This document shows positions 36,231 to 44,562 of a stretch of 64,000 bases of DNA, one piece after another. The stretch spans positions 2,004-66,003 of the forward strand of contig JAPLLC010000106.1 of assembly GCA_026387775.1 (NCBI GenBank), written 5' to 3'. The position numbers and the translations under genes were made by a program. The notes below the pieces were generated by a model. That model made no database searches. It was not told where the DNA came from and was given only the letters and a program-made list of their open reading frames with translations. Every line of letters starts with the position of its first letter. The stretch's first letter is position 1. The stretch is from Candidatus Methylomirabilota bacterium (GTDB lineage Bacteria; Methylomirabilota; Methylomirabilia; Methylomirabilales; 2-02-FULL-66-22).

Positions 36231-37064
36231 ATGGCAAGCAGCAAGACATTTGTGGGGAAAGTAGCCTTCGTGACCGGGTCTTCCCGGGGTATCGGCCGGG
36301 TCATCGCGACCCACTGCGCGAACCTCGGGGCCTCGGTAGCCATTCAGGGAACGACCGCCACCTCGGCCCGGGCTTTCGGCGAGGCGGATTCCCTCGAGGC
36401 GGTCGCCAAGGCGATTGCGGCGGAATCCGGGAGCAAGGTTCTTCCCTTCCACGGAAACCTCGCCGACCCGGAGGTGGTTCGGGGAATGGTGCAAGCGATC
36501 CGGGCGGCCTTCGGCCGGATCGATATCCTGGTCAACTGCGCCGGGGGCGACATCGGAGCAGCCGGGACGGGGGCGCCCATGGCGGGCAGGCCCACGCGGA
36601 ATGACCCAGTCTTCACCTCCTACGATGACCTCCGGTCGGTGCTCGACCGCAACCTGATGACCTGCCTCTTGGTCTGCCGGGAGGTGGTCCCAGAGATGAT
36701 CGAGCGTCGGAGCGGCCGGATCATCAACATCGGGAGTATATCGGGTCTCGTCGGCCTGACTCAGGGGGCCATCTACGCCACGGCCAAGGCGGCGGTGCAC
36801 GAGTACACCCGGTGCCTGGGAGTCATGCTCAGGCCTCACAATGTGACGGCCAACGCCATCGCGCCCGGGGACATCCTCACCCCCCGTTTCGCGGCCAGTC
36901 GTCCCATCGAGGACGCGATGACGGTCGAGGAGGGCACGCTGGAGCGCTACGGCCGGCCGATCGAGGTCGCCAGGATGGTCGCTTTCCTCGCCTCCGAGGA
37001 CGCGAGCTACATCACGGGTCAGGTGATCCGGGTCGACGGAGGCAGGCAGTGCTTCGCGGGCTGA
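36231..37064 (+). CDS. SDR oxidoreductase
   Basis: TGSSRGIGRVIA, NCAGG and YATAKAA motifs. AAGGAG RBS. Confidence 0.85.
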   Translation: MASSKTFVGKVAFVTGSSRGIGRVIATHCANLGASVAIQGTTATSARAFGEADSLEAVAKAIAAESGSKVLPFHGNLADPEVVRGMVQAIRAAFGRIDILVNCAGGDIGAAGTGAPMAGRPTRNDPVFTSYDDLRSVLDRNLMTCLLVCREVVPEMIERRSGRIINIGSISGLVGLTQGAIYATAKAAVHEYTRCLGVMLRPHNVTANAIAPGDILTPRFAASRPIEDAMTVEEGTLERYGRPIEVARMVAFLASEDASYITGQVIRVDGGRQCFAG

Positions 37065-37130
37065 AACGGAACGGGGTATAGCAGGACACGCGGCAAGATC
37101 GATGGGCGCGAGCGGGAGGGATTCTGCGGA

Positions 37131-37769
37131 TCAAAACGCGACGAAGCCGCGCGGACGGACCTCGATCTCCGGGATGACGGTCAGCGGCCCGCGGGTCGCC
37201 GCAAACACGATGACTTCGGCGATCTCCTCCGGCGGCAGGAGCGTGCGGCGGTCTTCGCCGGGGTTGTTGGTGGTCCGCATCAGGGTGTCGACCGGCCCGG
37301 GGCACACGCAGCACACGCCGATCCCGTCCGGCTTCACTTCGAGCTGGAGGCACTGGGAAAAGCCGATCACACCGAATTTGGCGGCCGCATAAGCGCCCCG
37401 GCGAAGGGAGCCCCGCTTGCCCGCCCCCGAGACCACGTTGACGATCCTGCCGCTTCCCTGGCGCTTCATCGTCGGCAGCACGGCCTTGCAGCACAGGAAG
37501 GTTCCGACCAGGTTGACGTCGAGGGCGAGGCGCAGCTCCTCGACCGAGAGGTCGGCGATGGGGCACTGCTTGGAATAGCCGGCGTTGTTGACCAGCACGT
37601 CGATGCGGCCGTACTCCGCGATCGTGCGTTCGATCATGGCCGCCACCTGCGCCTCGCTGGTGACATCGCAGGCAATTGCGAGCACCCCCCCCGCTCCGCC
37701 GGCGCGGCGCTGCCGGACCTCGGCCGCGGCGGACTCGATCTCGCTTACCGAGCGCGCGGCCAGCACCAC
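37131..37769 (-). pseudogene. SDR oxidoreductase lacking the N-terminal TGxxxGxG NAD(P)-binding segment
   Basis: NNAG and YAAAKFG motifs are present. The frame upstream reads ..LLALADEGASVVLAARS with no start codon, and the homologous N-terminus is replaced by the hairpin element at 37800..37873. Confidence 0.5.
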
Positions 37770-37799
37770 CGAAGCTCCCTCATCGGCCAGCGCGAGTAA

Positions 37800-37873
37800 A
37801 ATGAGAAACTGACAACTGGCAACCGGCCAATGACGCAGTCCGCTGACCGGTTTCTCATTGTCCGTTGTCCGCC
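37800..37873. repeat. hairpin/heptamer repeat element downstream of ilvN
   Basis: Perfect 10-bp inverted repeat AATGAGAAAC (37800..37809) / GTTTCTCATT (37850..37859). YGRCAAC-type heptamers inside, and GTTGTCC x2 after. Confidence 0.7.
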
Positions 37874-37897
37874 TTGAATTGCCCTAGGCCTTCAGCC

Positions 37898-38431
37898 TCA
37901 CTCCGCCAGGTATTTGCGGTCGGGGGGGGAACCGGGGCGTTGGTTGAGGACCTTGGCGCCGCGGCCCATGAAGACCGCGCCGGTGCGGGCCTGCTCCTTG
38001 ATGCCGAAGGGGCGGAGCACCTCGAGGAATTTGTCCAGCTTGTCCGGCTCCCCCGTCGCCTCCAGCATCAGGGTGGTCGAGGAGACATCCACGATACGCG
38101 CCTTGAACAGGTCGGCGAGGCTGACCACCTCCTGCCGTGTCTTGGCGCTCACCCCCACCTTGACCAGGAGCATCTCGTAGGCGAGCTGGTCCTTATCGGC
38201 GGTCACGTCCACCACCTTGACGGCGCCGATTTGCTTGCGAAACTGCTTGGCCACCTGATCCAGGGCCGTGCTCGGGCCATCCACGACGATGGTGATCCGG
38301 GTGAGCCCCGGCAGCTCGGAGGCGCCGGCGGTGAAGCTCTGCACGTTGTAGCCGCGCCGGGCGAAGAGGTTCCCCATCCGGGCCAGCATGCCGGGCTCGT
38401 CCTGCACCAGCGCCACCAAGACGTGCCTCAT
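37898..38431 (-). CDS. ilvN: acetolactate synthase small (regulatory) subunit
   Basis: MRHVLVALVQDEPGMLARMGNLFARRGYN..S ACT-domain signature. ATGA overlap with ilvB. Confidence 0.9.
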   Translation of the reverse strand: MRHVLVALVQDEPGMLARMGNLFARRGYNVQSFTAGASELPGLTRITIVVDGPSTALDQVAKQFRKQIGAVKVVDVTADKDQLAYEMLLVKVGVSAKTRQEVVSLADLFKARIVDVSSTTLMLEATGEPDKLDKFLEVLRPFGIKEQARTGAVFMGRGAKVLNQRPGSPPDRKYLAE

Positions 38432-40113
38432 TCCTGAGTCCTCCCCCGCGGATCTTCTACGAAGTCGGTGTTGCTGGTCCCCGGCTGGACCATGGGGTAG
38501 ACGTTCTCGCCCTGTTCCACCTTGCAGTCCAGCAGGAACGGACCCTTCGCCTGCTTGGCGGCGGCGAAGGCGGCGTCCAGCTCGTCCGTGGCGCTGACGC
38601 GCCGCGCCGGGATGCCGTAGCTTCCCGCCAGTTGGACGAAGTCCGGGCCGCTGATCGGCGTGCCGATGTAGCGGGCCCCGTGGAAGAGCTCCTGCCACTG
38701 CCGGACCATGCCCAGATAGCCGTTATCCATGATCACGATCTTGATGGGGAGCCGCTCCTGGGCGACGGTGGCCAGCTCCTGCAGGTTCATCTGGAAGCTG
38801 CCGTCGCCGACGACGACCCAGACCGGCTCCGTGGGGTGGCCGACCTGCACGCCCAGGGCGGCCGGCAGCGAGTACCCCATGGTGCCGAGGCCACCGGAGG
38901 TGAAGAAGCTGTTGAGGCGACGGAAGCGGTAGTGCTGGGCCACCCACATCTGATGCTGGCCGACGTCGCTGACGACGAGGCCCTCCCCATCCGTGGCCCG
39001 CTGGAGCGCCCGGACGACCTCCTGGGGGGGAAGGAGTCCCTGGGCGTGGATCTCCAGGGGATGTTGGGTGCGCCAGGCCTCGACCTGGGCCAGCCAGTCT
39101 TGGTGGTCGAGATCGGGGAGCGCTTCGGTCAGCGCCTCCAGGACGCATCGGACGTCGCCCACCATGGGCAGGGCCGCGGGGACGCGCTTGCCGATCTCGG
39201 CGGGATCGATGTCCACGTGGAGCAGCTTCGCCTGGGGGGCGAAGTGCTTCAGGCTCCCGGTGAACCGATCGTCCATGCGCATGCCCAGGGCGATGAGCAG
39301 GTCGGCGTTCTGCACGGCCAGGTTGGCCCAGGCGACGCCATGCATTCCCGCCATGCCGAGACAGAGCGGATGGTCCGCCGAAAGCGCGCTCAGGCCGAGA
39401 AGTGTGCTAATCACCGGGGCGCTGATGCGCTCGGCAAAGCGGCGAAGCTCTTCCCAGGCTTTGGCGATGTGCACGCCATGGCCGGCCAGCACCACGGGAT
39501 GCTTCGCATCCGCGATCAGCTGCGCGGCGCGCTGGATCTGGTACGGCGCAGAGCGCACGACCGGGCGGTAGCCCGGGCGCGAGATCCGGTCCGGGTAATG
39601 GAATTCGCAGGGCCCGGTGAGGATGTCCTTGGGGATGTCGACCAGCACCGGGCCCGGCCGACCGGTCCGGGCCAGGAAGAAGGCCTCGCGCAAGGTTCTC
39701 GCCAGATCCTGACTCTGTCGGACCAGATAGTTGTGCTTGGTGATGGGCAGGGTGATGCCGGTGATGTTGATCTCTTGGAAGGCGTCGGTGCCGATGACCG
39801 AGTCGGCGACCTGCGCCGTGATGGCGACCATGGGGACGGAGTCCAGCATCGCCGTGGCGATTCCGGTGACCAGGTTCGTGGCCCCCGGACCGGAGGTGGC
39901 GGCGCAAACCCCCACTTTGCCCGTGGCGCGCGCAAAGCCATCCGCCGCGTGGGCGGCAGCCTGCTCGTGCCGGACGAGGACAAAGTGGATCTGCGGGTAC
40001 TTGGAGAGCGCGTCGAAGAGCGGCAGGGCGGCACCGCCCGGATAGGCCCAGACGACGTCAACCCCCTCGCGGATCAGGCATTCCCAGACGACTTCGGCAC
40101 CGGTATATTGCAT
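38428..40113 (-). CDS. ilvB: acetolactate synthase large subunit (ThDP-dependent)
   Basis: GAEVVWECLIREGVD..., ATSGPGATNLVTG and GLGTMGYSLPAALG motifs. Confidence 0.9.
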   Translation of the reverse strand: MQYTGAEVVWECLIREGVDVVWAYPGGAALPLFDALSKYPQIHFVLVRHEQAAAHAADGFARATGKVGVCAATSGPGATNLVTGIATAMLDSVPMVAITAQVADSVIGTDAFQEINITGITLPITKHNYLVRQSQDLARTLREAFFLARTGRPGPVLVDIPKDILTGPCEFHYPDRISRPGYRPVVRSAPYQIQRAAQLIADAKHPVVLAGHGVHIAKAWEELRRFAERISAPVISTLLGLSALSADHPLCLGMAGMHGVAWANLAVQNADLLIALGMRMDDRFTGSLKHFAPQAKLLHVDIDPAEIGKRVPAALPMVGDVRCVLEALTEALPDLDHQDWLAQVEAWRTQHPLEIHAQGLLPPQEVVRALQRATDGEGLVVSDVGQHQMWVAQHYRFRRLNSFFTSGGLGTMGYSLPAALGVQVGHPTEPVWVVVGDGSFQMNLQELATVAQERLPIKIVIMDNGYLGMVRQWQELFHGARYIGTPISGPDFVQLAGSYGIPARRVSATDELDAAFAAAKQAKGPFLLDCKVEQGENVYPMVQPGTSNTDFVEDPRGRTQE

Positions 40114-40220
40114 GATCGGGCGCTACCCCCCCCTCACTGAACTCGGTCACGGTGAAGGGGACCATACCAGCGGTAGCCGGGCGGGTCAAGGCGATTTCGG
40201 TCGCGAGCGCGAGGGAGCGA

Positions 40221-41018
40221 TCAGTTCGAGGCGCGTTCCCCGCGCTCGCGCAGGTACTGATCCACGATCCGCCGGGTCCGTTCCAGCGCCTCCAGCGCAT
40301 GAAGCTCGAGCACCCAGAAGTCGCAGCCCCGCTCGGTGAGGGCGTCGAGCGCGGGCGCAAGGTCTGCCAGAGTGTCGGGGGCGAAATGGGTGTCGTTCCG
40401 CTCGATCAGGTAGAGGTGAGCGGAGAGAATCCGGGTGGGAACGGCGCGCAGGAAATCCACCACCGTCCCCCGCCCCTCCATGACCCACGGGCAGCCGGCG
40501 GCGTGGCCGAGGTCGAAGGTCACCGGGGCGCCCGTCTGGCGGAGGAGGGCGGCAAAGCTGCCCGGGTCGCTGGACGGCCCGCCTCGGAGGTTCTCCACGG
40601 TGAGGGGGACGCCGCGGCGCAGGGCGTGCTCCATCAGGGTCGTCAGGTTCCGGGCCAGCGTCTCGTGGCAGAGCTCTTCGGGGTCGGGGCTGAAGGTGCC
40701 CACGTGGATGTTCACGTGATGGGCGCCGAGGTCAGCCGCCGCGTCCAGATAATCCTGCAAGATGCGGCAGGCCGCCCCCGCGTGTTCCGGGTCGCGGTGC
40801 CCGATCTCCAGATCGGTGTAGGGCGCGTGGACGGAGCAGCGGGGCGCCGCCGTCCGCAGCCGTTCCAGTAGTTGCCGCCGCCGGCCCTCCGGCTTCATCA
40901 GCCGCCAGCCGTCCAGTCCCCACTCGACCCCCTCGTATCCGTGCGCGACGCGATAGTCCCCGATGCGCGCGGTGTTCTTCCCGAAGAGGGTGTGACAAAA
41001 GAGCAGTCGCGGTGTCAT
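40221..41018 (-). CDS. sugar phosphate isomerase/epimerase (xylose isomerase-like TIM barrel)
   Basis: General pattern of the AP endonuclease 2 / TIM barrel family (..HAPY.DL...VNIHVG..). Confidence 0.65.
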   Translation of the reverse strand: MTPRLLFCHTLFGKNTARIGDYRVAHGYEGVEWGLDGWRLMKPEGRRRQLLERLRTAAPRCSVHAPYTDLEIGHRDPEHAGAACRILQDYLDAAADLGAHHVNIHVGTFSPDPEELCHETLARNLTTLMEHALRRGVPLTVENLRGGPSSDPGSFAALLRQTGAPVTFDLGHAAGCPWVMEGRGTVVDFLRAVPTRILSAHLYLIERNDTHFAPDTLADLAPALDALTERGCDFWVLELHALEALERTRRIVDQYLRERGERASN

Positions 41019-41086
41019 GGAGAGCCTTTCTCGAAGAAGAACGGAACGCGGTGGTGGGTGCGCCTTGCGTTCCGCCGGGGCGGGGG

Positions 41087-42088
41087 TCAGCCCTGCCGAA
41101 CGCCGGCAGAGAGCGGAGGGCGGGCGTTCGAGGGTTGGGTGTGTTCGAGGATGACGGGGCGGACGACTTCCAGCGCGGCGAGGAACTCGGCGTAGAAGTT
41201 CTTGGAGGCGAAGCCGAAGCGGGGACCGTTGTAGCGGGCGATGATCTCTTCGATCGCGCTGCTCCCCACGGCGGCCCGGGCCGTCAGGATTCCCTCCCTC
41301 CCGTGGTTATAGGCGATGATGGCGAGGGGCCAGGACCCCAGGGCCTCGTAGTTGTGGCGCAAGAGGTGCGCGGCGGCTTCGGTGGCCCGGATGGGGTCGC
41401 GGCGGTCGTCGCGCTTGCGCGTGATGGTCAGGTACTGCTTCCCGGTGGACCGGATGAACTGCCAGAGGCCTACGGCCCCGGCCTTGGAGTAGGCCTGTGG
41501 GTCGTAGCTCGACTCGACCATGGGTAGGGCTGCCAGCTCCATGGGGAGCTTGTGCTCCCGCAGGATGGCAAGGATGCGGGGCAGGAGTTTCCGGGCGCGC
41601 CGCAACCCCTCGTCCACCTTCTGTCGGAGCCCCTGCTGGACCCGGATGTTGTCCGCGGCGCGCAGCAGGACGTCCGGCGGGCAGGGGCATCCCCACGCCT
41701 GCGAGACGGACTCGGCCTCGGGGCCGAGCTCTTCCGGCGGGACGCCGCCGGCAAGCTTCGTGAGAAGGTCCTGGTGTTTCGCCCGCAGACGCTGGATCTC
41801 GGACCGGGCCAATTCGGCGGCGCGGCACTGGTTCGTGGTGTCGCCGACACGCACGACGCCGTAGATCACGCCGAGGTTGTTCCGATCGTGGAGGACGAAG
41901 TCGCCGACCCCGTATTCGGTGTAGATCTGCTTCCAGAAATCGACGTTGGGCTCCAGAAGGGGCGGCTTGGGGAAGTGGGGGTTCTTTGGGTCGACGCCGT
42001 CGGCGGCGCGGGCGAGTTGGATGGAGGAGAACAGCGTGCTGGCGATCAGGATCGCCGCCAATATCAAGCGGCCGCCAAAGCCTGGCAT
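41087..42088 (-). CDS. lytic transglycosylase (SLT domain)
   Basis: Signal peptide. The motif ALPMVESSYDPQAYSKAGAVGLWQF contains the catalytic Glu. Confidence 0.8.
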   Translation of the reverse strand: MPGFGGRLILAAILIASTLFSSIQLARAADGVDPKNPHFPKPPLLEPNVDFWKQIYTEYGVGDFVLHDRNNLGVIYGVVRVGDTTNQCRAAELARSEIQRLRAKHQDLLTKLAGGVPPEELGPEAESVSQAWGCPCPPDVLLRAADNIRVQQGLRQKVDEGLRRARKLLPRILAILREHKLPMELAALPMVESSYDPQAYSKAGAVGLWQFIRSTGKQYLTITRKRDDRRDPIRATEAAAHLLRHNYEALGSWPLAIIAYNHGREGILTARAAVGSSAIEEIIARYNGPRFGFASKNFYAEFLAALEVVRPVILEHTQPSNARPPLSAGVRQG

Positions 42089-42253
42089 TCAACCTCCGTC
42101 ACGTTTTTAGCCGACGTTCGAGTCCCCTGCCCCTCTATGTAGCAGACGGCGCCGTGCAGGGCAAGACATTTTCGGCGAGACGGTTGGCCTCTGTCCGCTT
42201 TCCCGAGTCAGATTCCCTCAATTTCGCGCCGTCCCCTCGCATCGCTCCCACCC

Positions 42254-42281
42254 TTGACACTCCTTCCTGGAGTGGTATTGT
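42254..42281 (+). promoter_or_regulatory. sigma70-like promoter upstream of the DUF1016 gene
   Basis: TTGACA (42254..42259), 16 nt spacer, TATTGT (42276..42281). Confidence 0.35.
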
Positions 42282-42314
42282 CTGGCAACCCTACCGGATG
42301 GATAACGTGTAGCC

Positions 42315-43484
42315 ATGAAATACGCACAGCTCCTCAAGGCGATCGACGCTACCAGCCAGCACCTGGTGGGCCGCGCGGCCGCGGCCGTGAACCAGGCGCT
42401 GGTCATCCGCAATTGGCTGATCGGTGCCTACATTGTGGAGTTCGAGCAGCATGGTGAGGACCGGGCCAGATACGGCACCCGCCTCTTGCCGCGGCTTGCC
42501 GAAGATCTGAAGAAGCGCGACCGCAAGGGGTTTGGCGTCTCCATGCTTGAGCTCATGCGGCGGTTCTATCAAGTGTACCCGCAGCTTGCCGCCAAGATTC
42601 CGCAACCACTGGTTACGGAATTCGCCCCTCGGGCAGGAAACGGATTTCTCACGGATTCCGTAACCACCGGTCACGGAATCGCCGCCGCGAGGATCTCTCC
42701 GTCGACAAAGCCAAGAAAGGCTGCCGCACCACTGGCCTCGCCCGATATGATTCTGCAATTCCAGTGGTCTCACCTGCTGCAGCTCACCCGAATTGAAGAC
42801 CCACTGAAGCGAGCCTTCTACGAGAATGAGTGCCTCAAGGGCAACTGGTCGAAACGCCAGCTCCAGCGGCAGATCGGCTCGCTCCTCTTTGAGCGCACAG
42901 GCCTGTCCAAGAACAAGGCCGCCGTGCTCCACCGGGCGCAGAGTCAGGGGACTCCGGCCGACGTCGCCGATCTCCTTCGAGATCCCTACGTGCTCGAATT
43001 CACCGGGCTAGCCGAGCGCCCGGAATACAGCGAGAGTGAGCTTGAGGCGGCCCTGCTCGACCACCTCCAGCAGTTCCTCCTGGAGCTCGGCACCGGTTTC
43101 TGCTTCGAGGCGCGTCAGAAGCGTATCAGCGTCGGGAACGAACACGATTACATCGACTTGGTCTTTTACCATCGACGGTTGCGCTGCCATGTCCTCGTCG
43201 AGCTGAAGACGCGTCCGTTCAACCACGGGGATGCCGGCCAGATGAACTTCTACCTGAACTGGTGGAAGAAGTTCGGCACGGATGAGGGCGACCAGTTGCC
43301 TGTGGGTATCCTGCTCTGCACCGACCAGGACCGCACCAAGGTCGAGTTCGCGACGGCCGGCATGGACAACAAGCTGTTCGTCTCGCGCTATCTGGTGGCG
43401 CTGCCGTCGCCGGAACAGTTGCAGGAATTCATCGAGCGTGACCGCGAAGAGATCGAAGCGAAGATGACGAAGGGCCGCACCTAG
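42315..43484 (+). CDS. DUF1016/YhcG-family PD-(D/E)XK nuclease-like protein
   Basis: N-terminus ...AVNQALVIRNWLIGAYIVEFEQ.G.DRA.YG and C-terminal ...DLVFYHRRLRCHVLVELK are typical of YhcG-like proteins. Confidence 0.75.
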   Translation: MKYAQLLKAIDATSQHLVGRAAAAVNQALVIRNWLIGAYIVEFEQHGEDRARYGTRLLPRLAEDLKKRDRKGFGVSMLELMRRFYQVYPQLAAKIPQPLVTEFAPRAGNGFLTDSVTTGHGIAAARISPSTKPRKAAAPLASPDMILQFQWSHLLQLTRIEDPLKRAFYENECLKGNWSKRQLQRQIGSLLFERTGLSKNKAAVLHRAQSQGTPADVADLLRDPYVLEFTGLAERPEYSESELEAALLDHLQQFLLELGTGFCFEARQKRISVGNEHDYIDLVFYHRRLRCHVLVELKTRPFNHGDAGQMNFYLNWWKKFGTDEGDQLPVGILLCTDQDRTKVEFATAGMDNKLFVSRYLVALPSPEQLQEFIERDREEIEAKMTKGRT

Positions 43485-43496
43485 GGAGACACATCC

Positions 43497-44510
43497 ATGC
43501 GAGCAGCGGTCTTCAAGGAGAAAGGCATCCTGAAAGTCGAGGACGTCGCCGACCCGATCGTCGGCCCGAGGGATGTGCTTCTCAAGGTCACCCACTGCGC
43601 CATCTGCGGCTCGGACCTCCACCGCTACAGCCACGGGATGCTGCGGCCGGGGGCGATCCTCGGGCACGAGTACTCCGGGATAGTCGCAGAGAAGGGCGCA
43701 GAAGTGGACGCCTTCCAGATCGGAGAGCGGGTCGTGCGCTCGGGCGGAAAGATCAACCCGTGGCATGATGTGCCTCCGTACCCTCCACGGTTCAGCGCCA
43801 AGGAGCGGGGTTTCCTGGCGACGACGCGGCCCGGCGCCTATGCGGAGTATTTCGTCACGGATGCCGACCTGCTCATGCGAATCCCTGACTCCGTCACCAA
43901 TCTGGAAGCCGCGCTCGTCGAGCCGTTGTGCGTCAGCTTGCATGCGATGCGGCTGTCCCGTCTTCGGTTGGGAGATCAAGCCCTCATCATCGGGGCGGGA
44001 CCTATCGGGCTCCTGGCTCAACAGTGTGCGGCCTTATCCGGGGCGTCGCAGGTCTTTGTCTCCGAGGTGAATGCGGCCAGGAGAGCGGTCGCGCTGGCGT
44101 TGGGCGCCAAGGGGGTTTTCGATCCGACCACGTCCCCCCTGGTGGAGGAGATCCTTCGGCGGACAGGCATCGGGGTGGACGTGGCGTTCGAGTGCGCCGG
44201 TGCCCGCTCCACCTTCCACGAGGCCACCCAGGCGGTTCGCGGCGGGGGACAGGTCGTGGTTGTGTCGCTGAGCTGGGAACCGGTCTACTGTCTCCCCGTG
44301 GACTGGGTGGCTAGAGAGGTGGAGATCAAGGCGGTCTATGGGAGCCGAGCTGGCGAGTGGCCCATGGCGATGGCGCTGCTGGAACACCGGAAGGTCCAGG
44401 TGCAGCCCATGATCTCCAAGCTGGTCCCCCTGGATGACATCCAGGCGGCATTCCAGGAGCTGCTGAAGCCCGACACCGACTGGGTGCAGGCAGTCGTCGC
44501 GTTCGAGTGA
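43497..44510 (+). CDS. zinc-dependent medium-chain alcohol dehydrogenase
   Basis: CAICGSDLH, GHEYSG and GAGPIGL motifs. Confidence 0.85.
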   Translation: MRAAVFKEKGILKVEDVADPIVGPRDVLLKVTHCAICGSDLHRYSHGMLRPGAILGHEYSGIVAEKGAEVDAFQIGERVVRSGGKINPWHDVPPYPPRFSAKERGFLATTRPGAYAEYFVTDADLLMRIPDSVTNLEAALVEPLCVSLHAMRLSRLRLGDQALIIGAGPIGLLAQQCAALSGASQVFVSEVNAARRAVALALGAKGVFDPTTSPLVEEILRRTGIGVDVAFECAGARSTFHEATQAVRGGGQVVVVSLSWEPVYCLPVDWVAREVEIKAVYGSRAGEWPMAMALLEHRKVQVQPMISKLVPLDDIQAAFQELLKPDTDWVQAVVAFE

Positions 44511-44562
44511 ATCCCTTTCCGGTTTCTCGTCGATCCGTCCATGCTGCCTGGAGGTGAGTATC

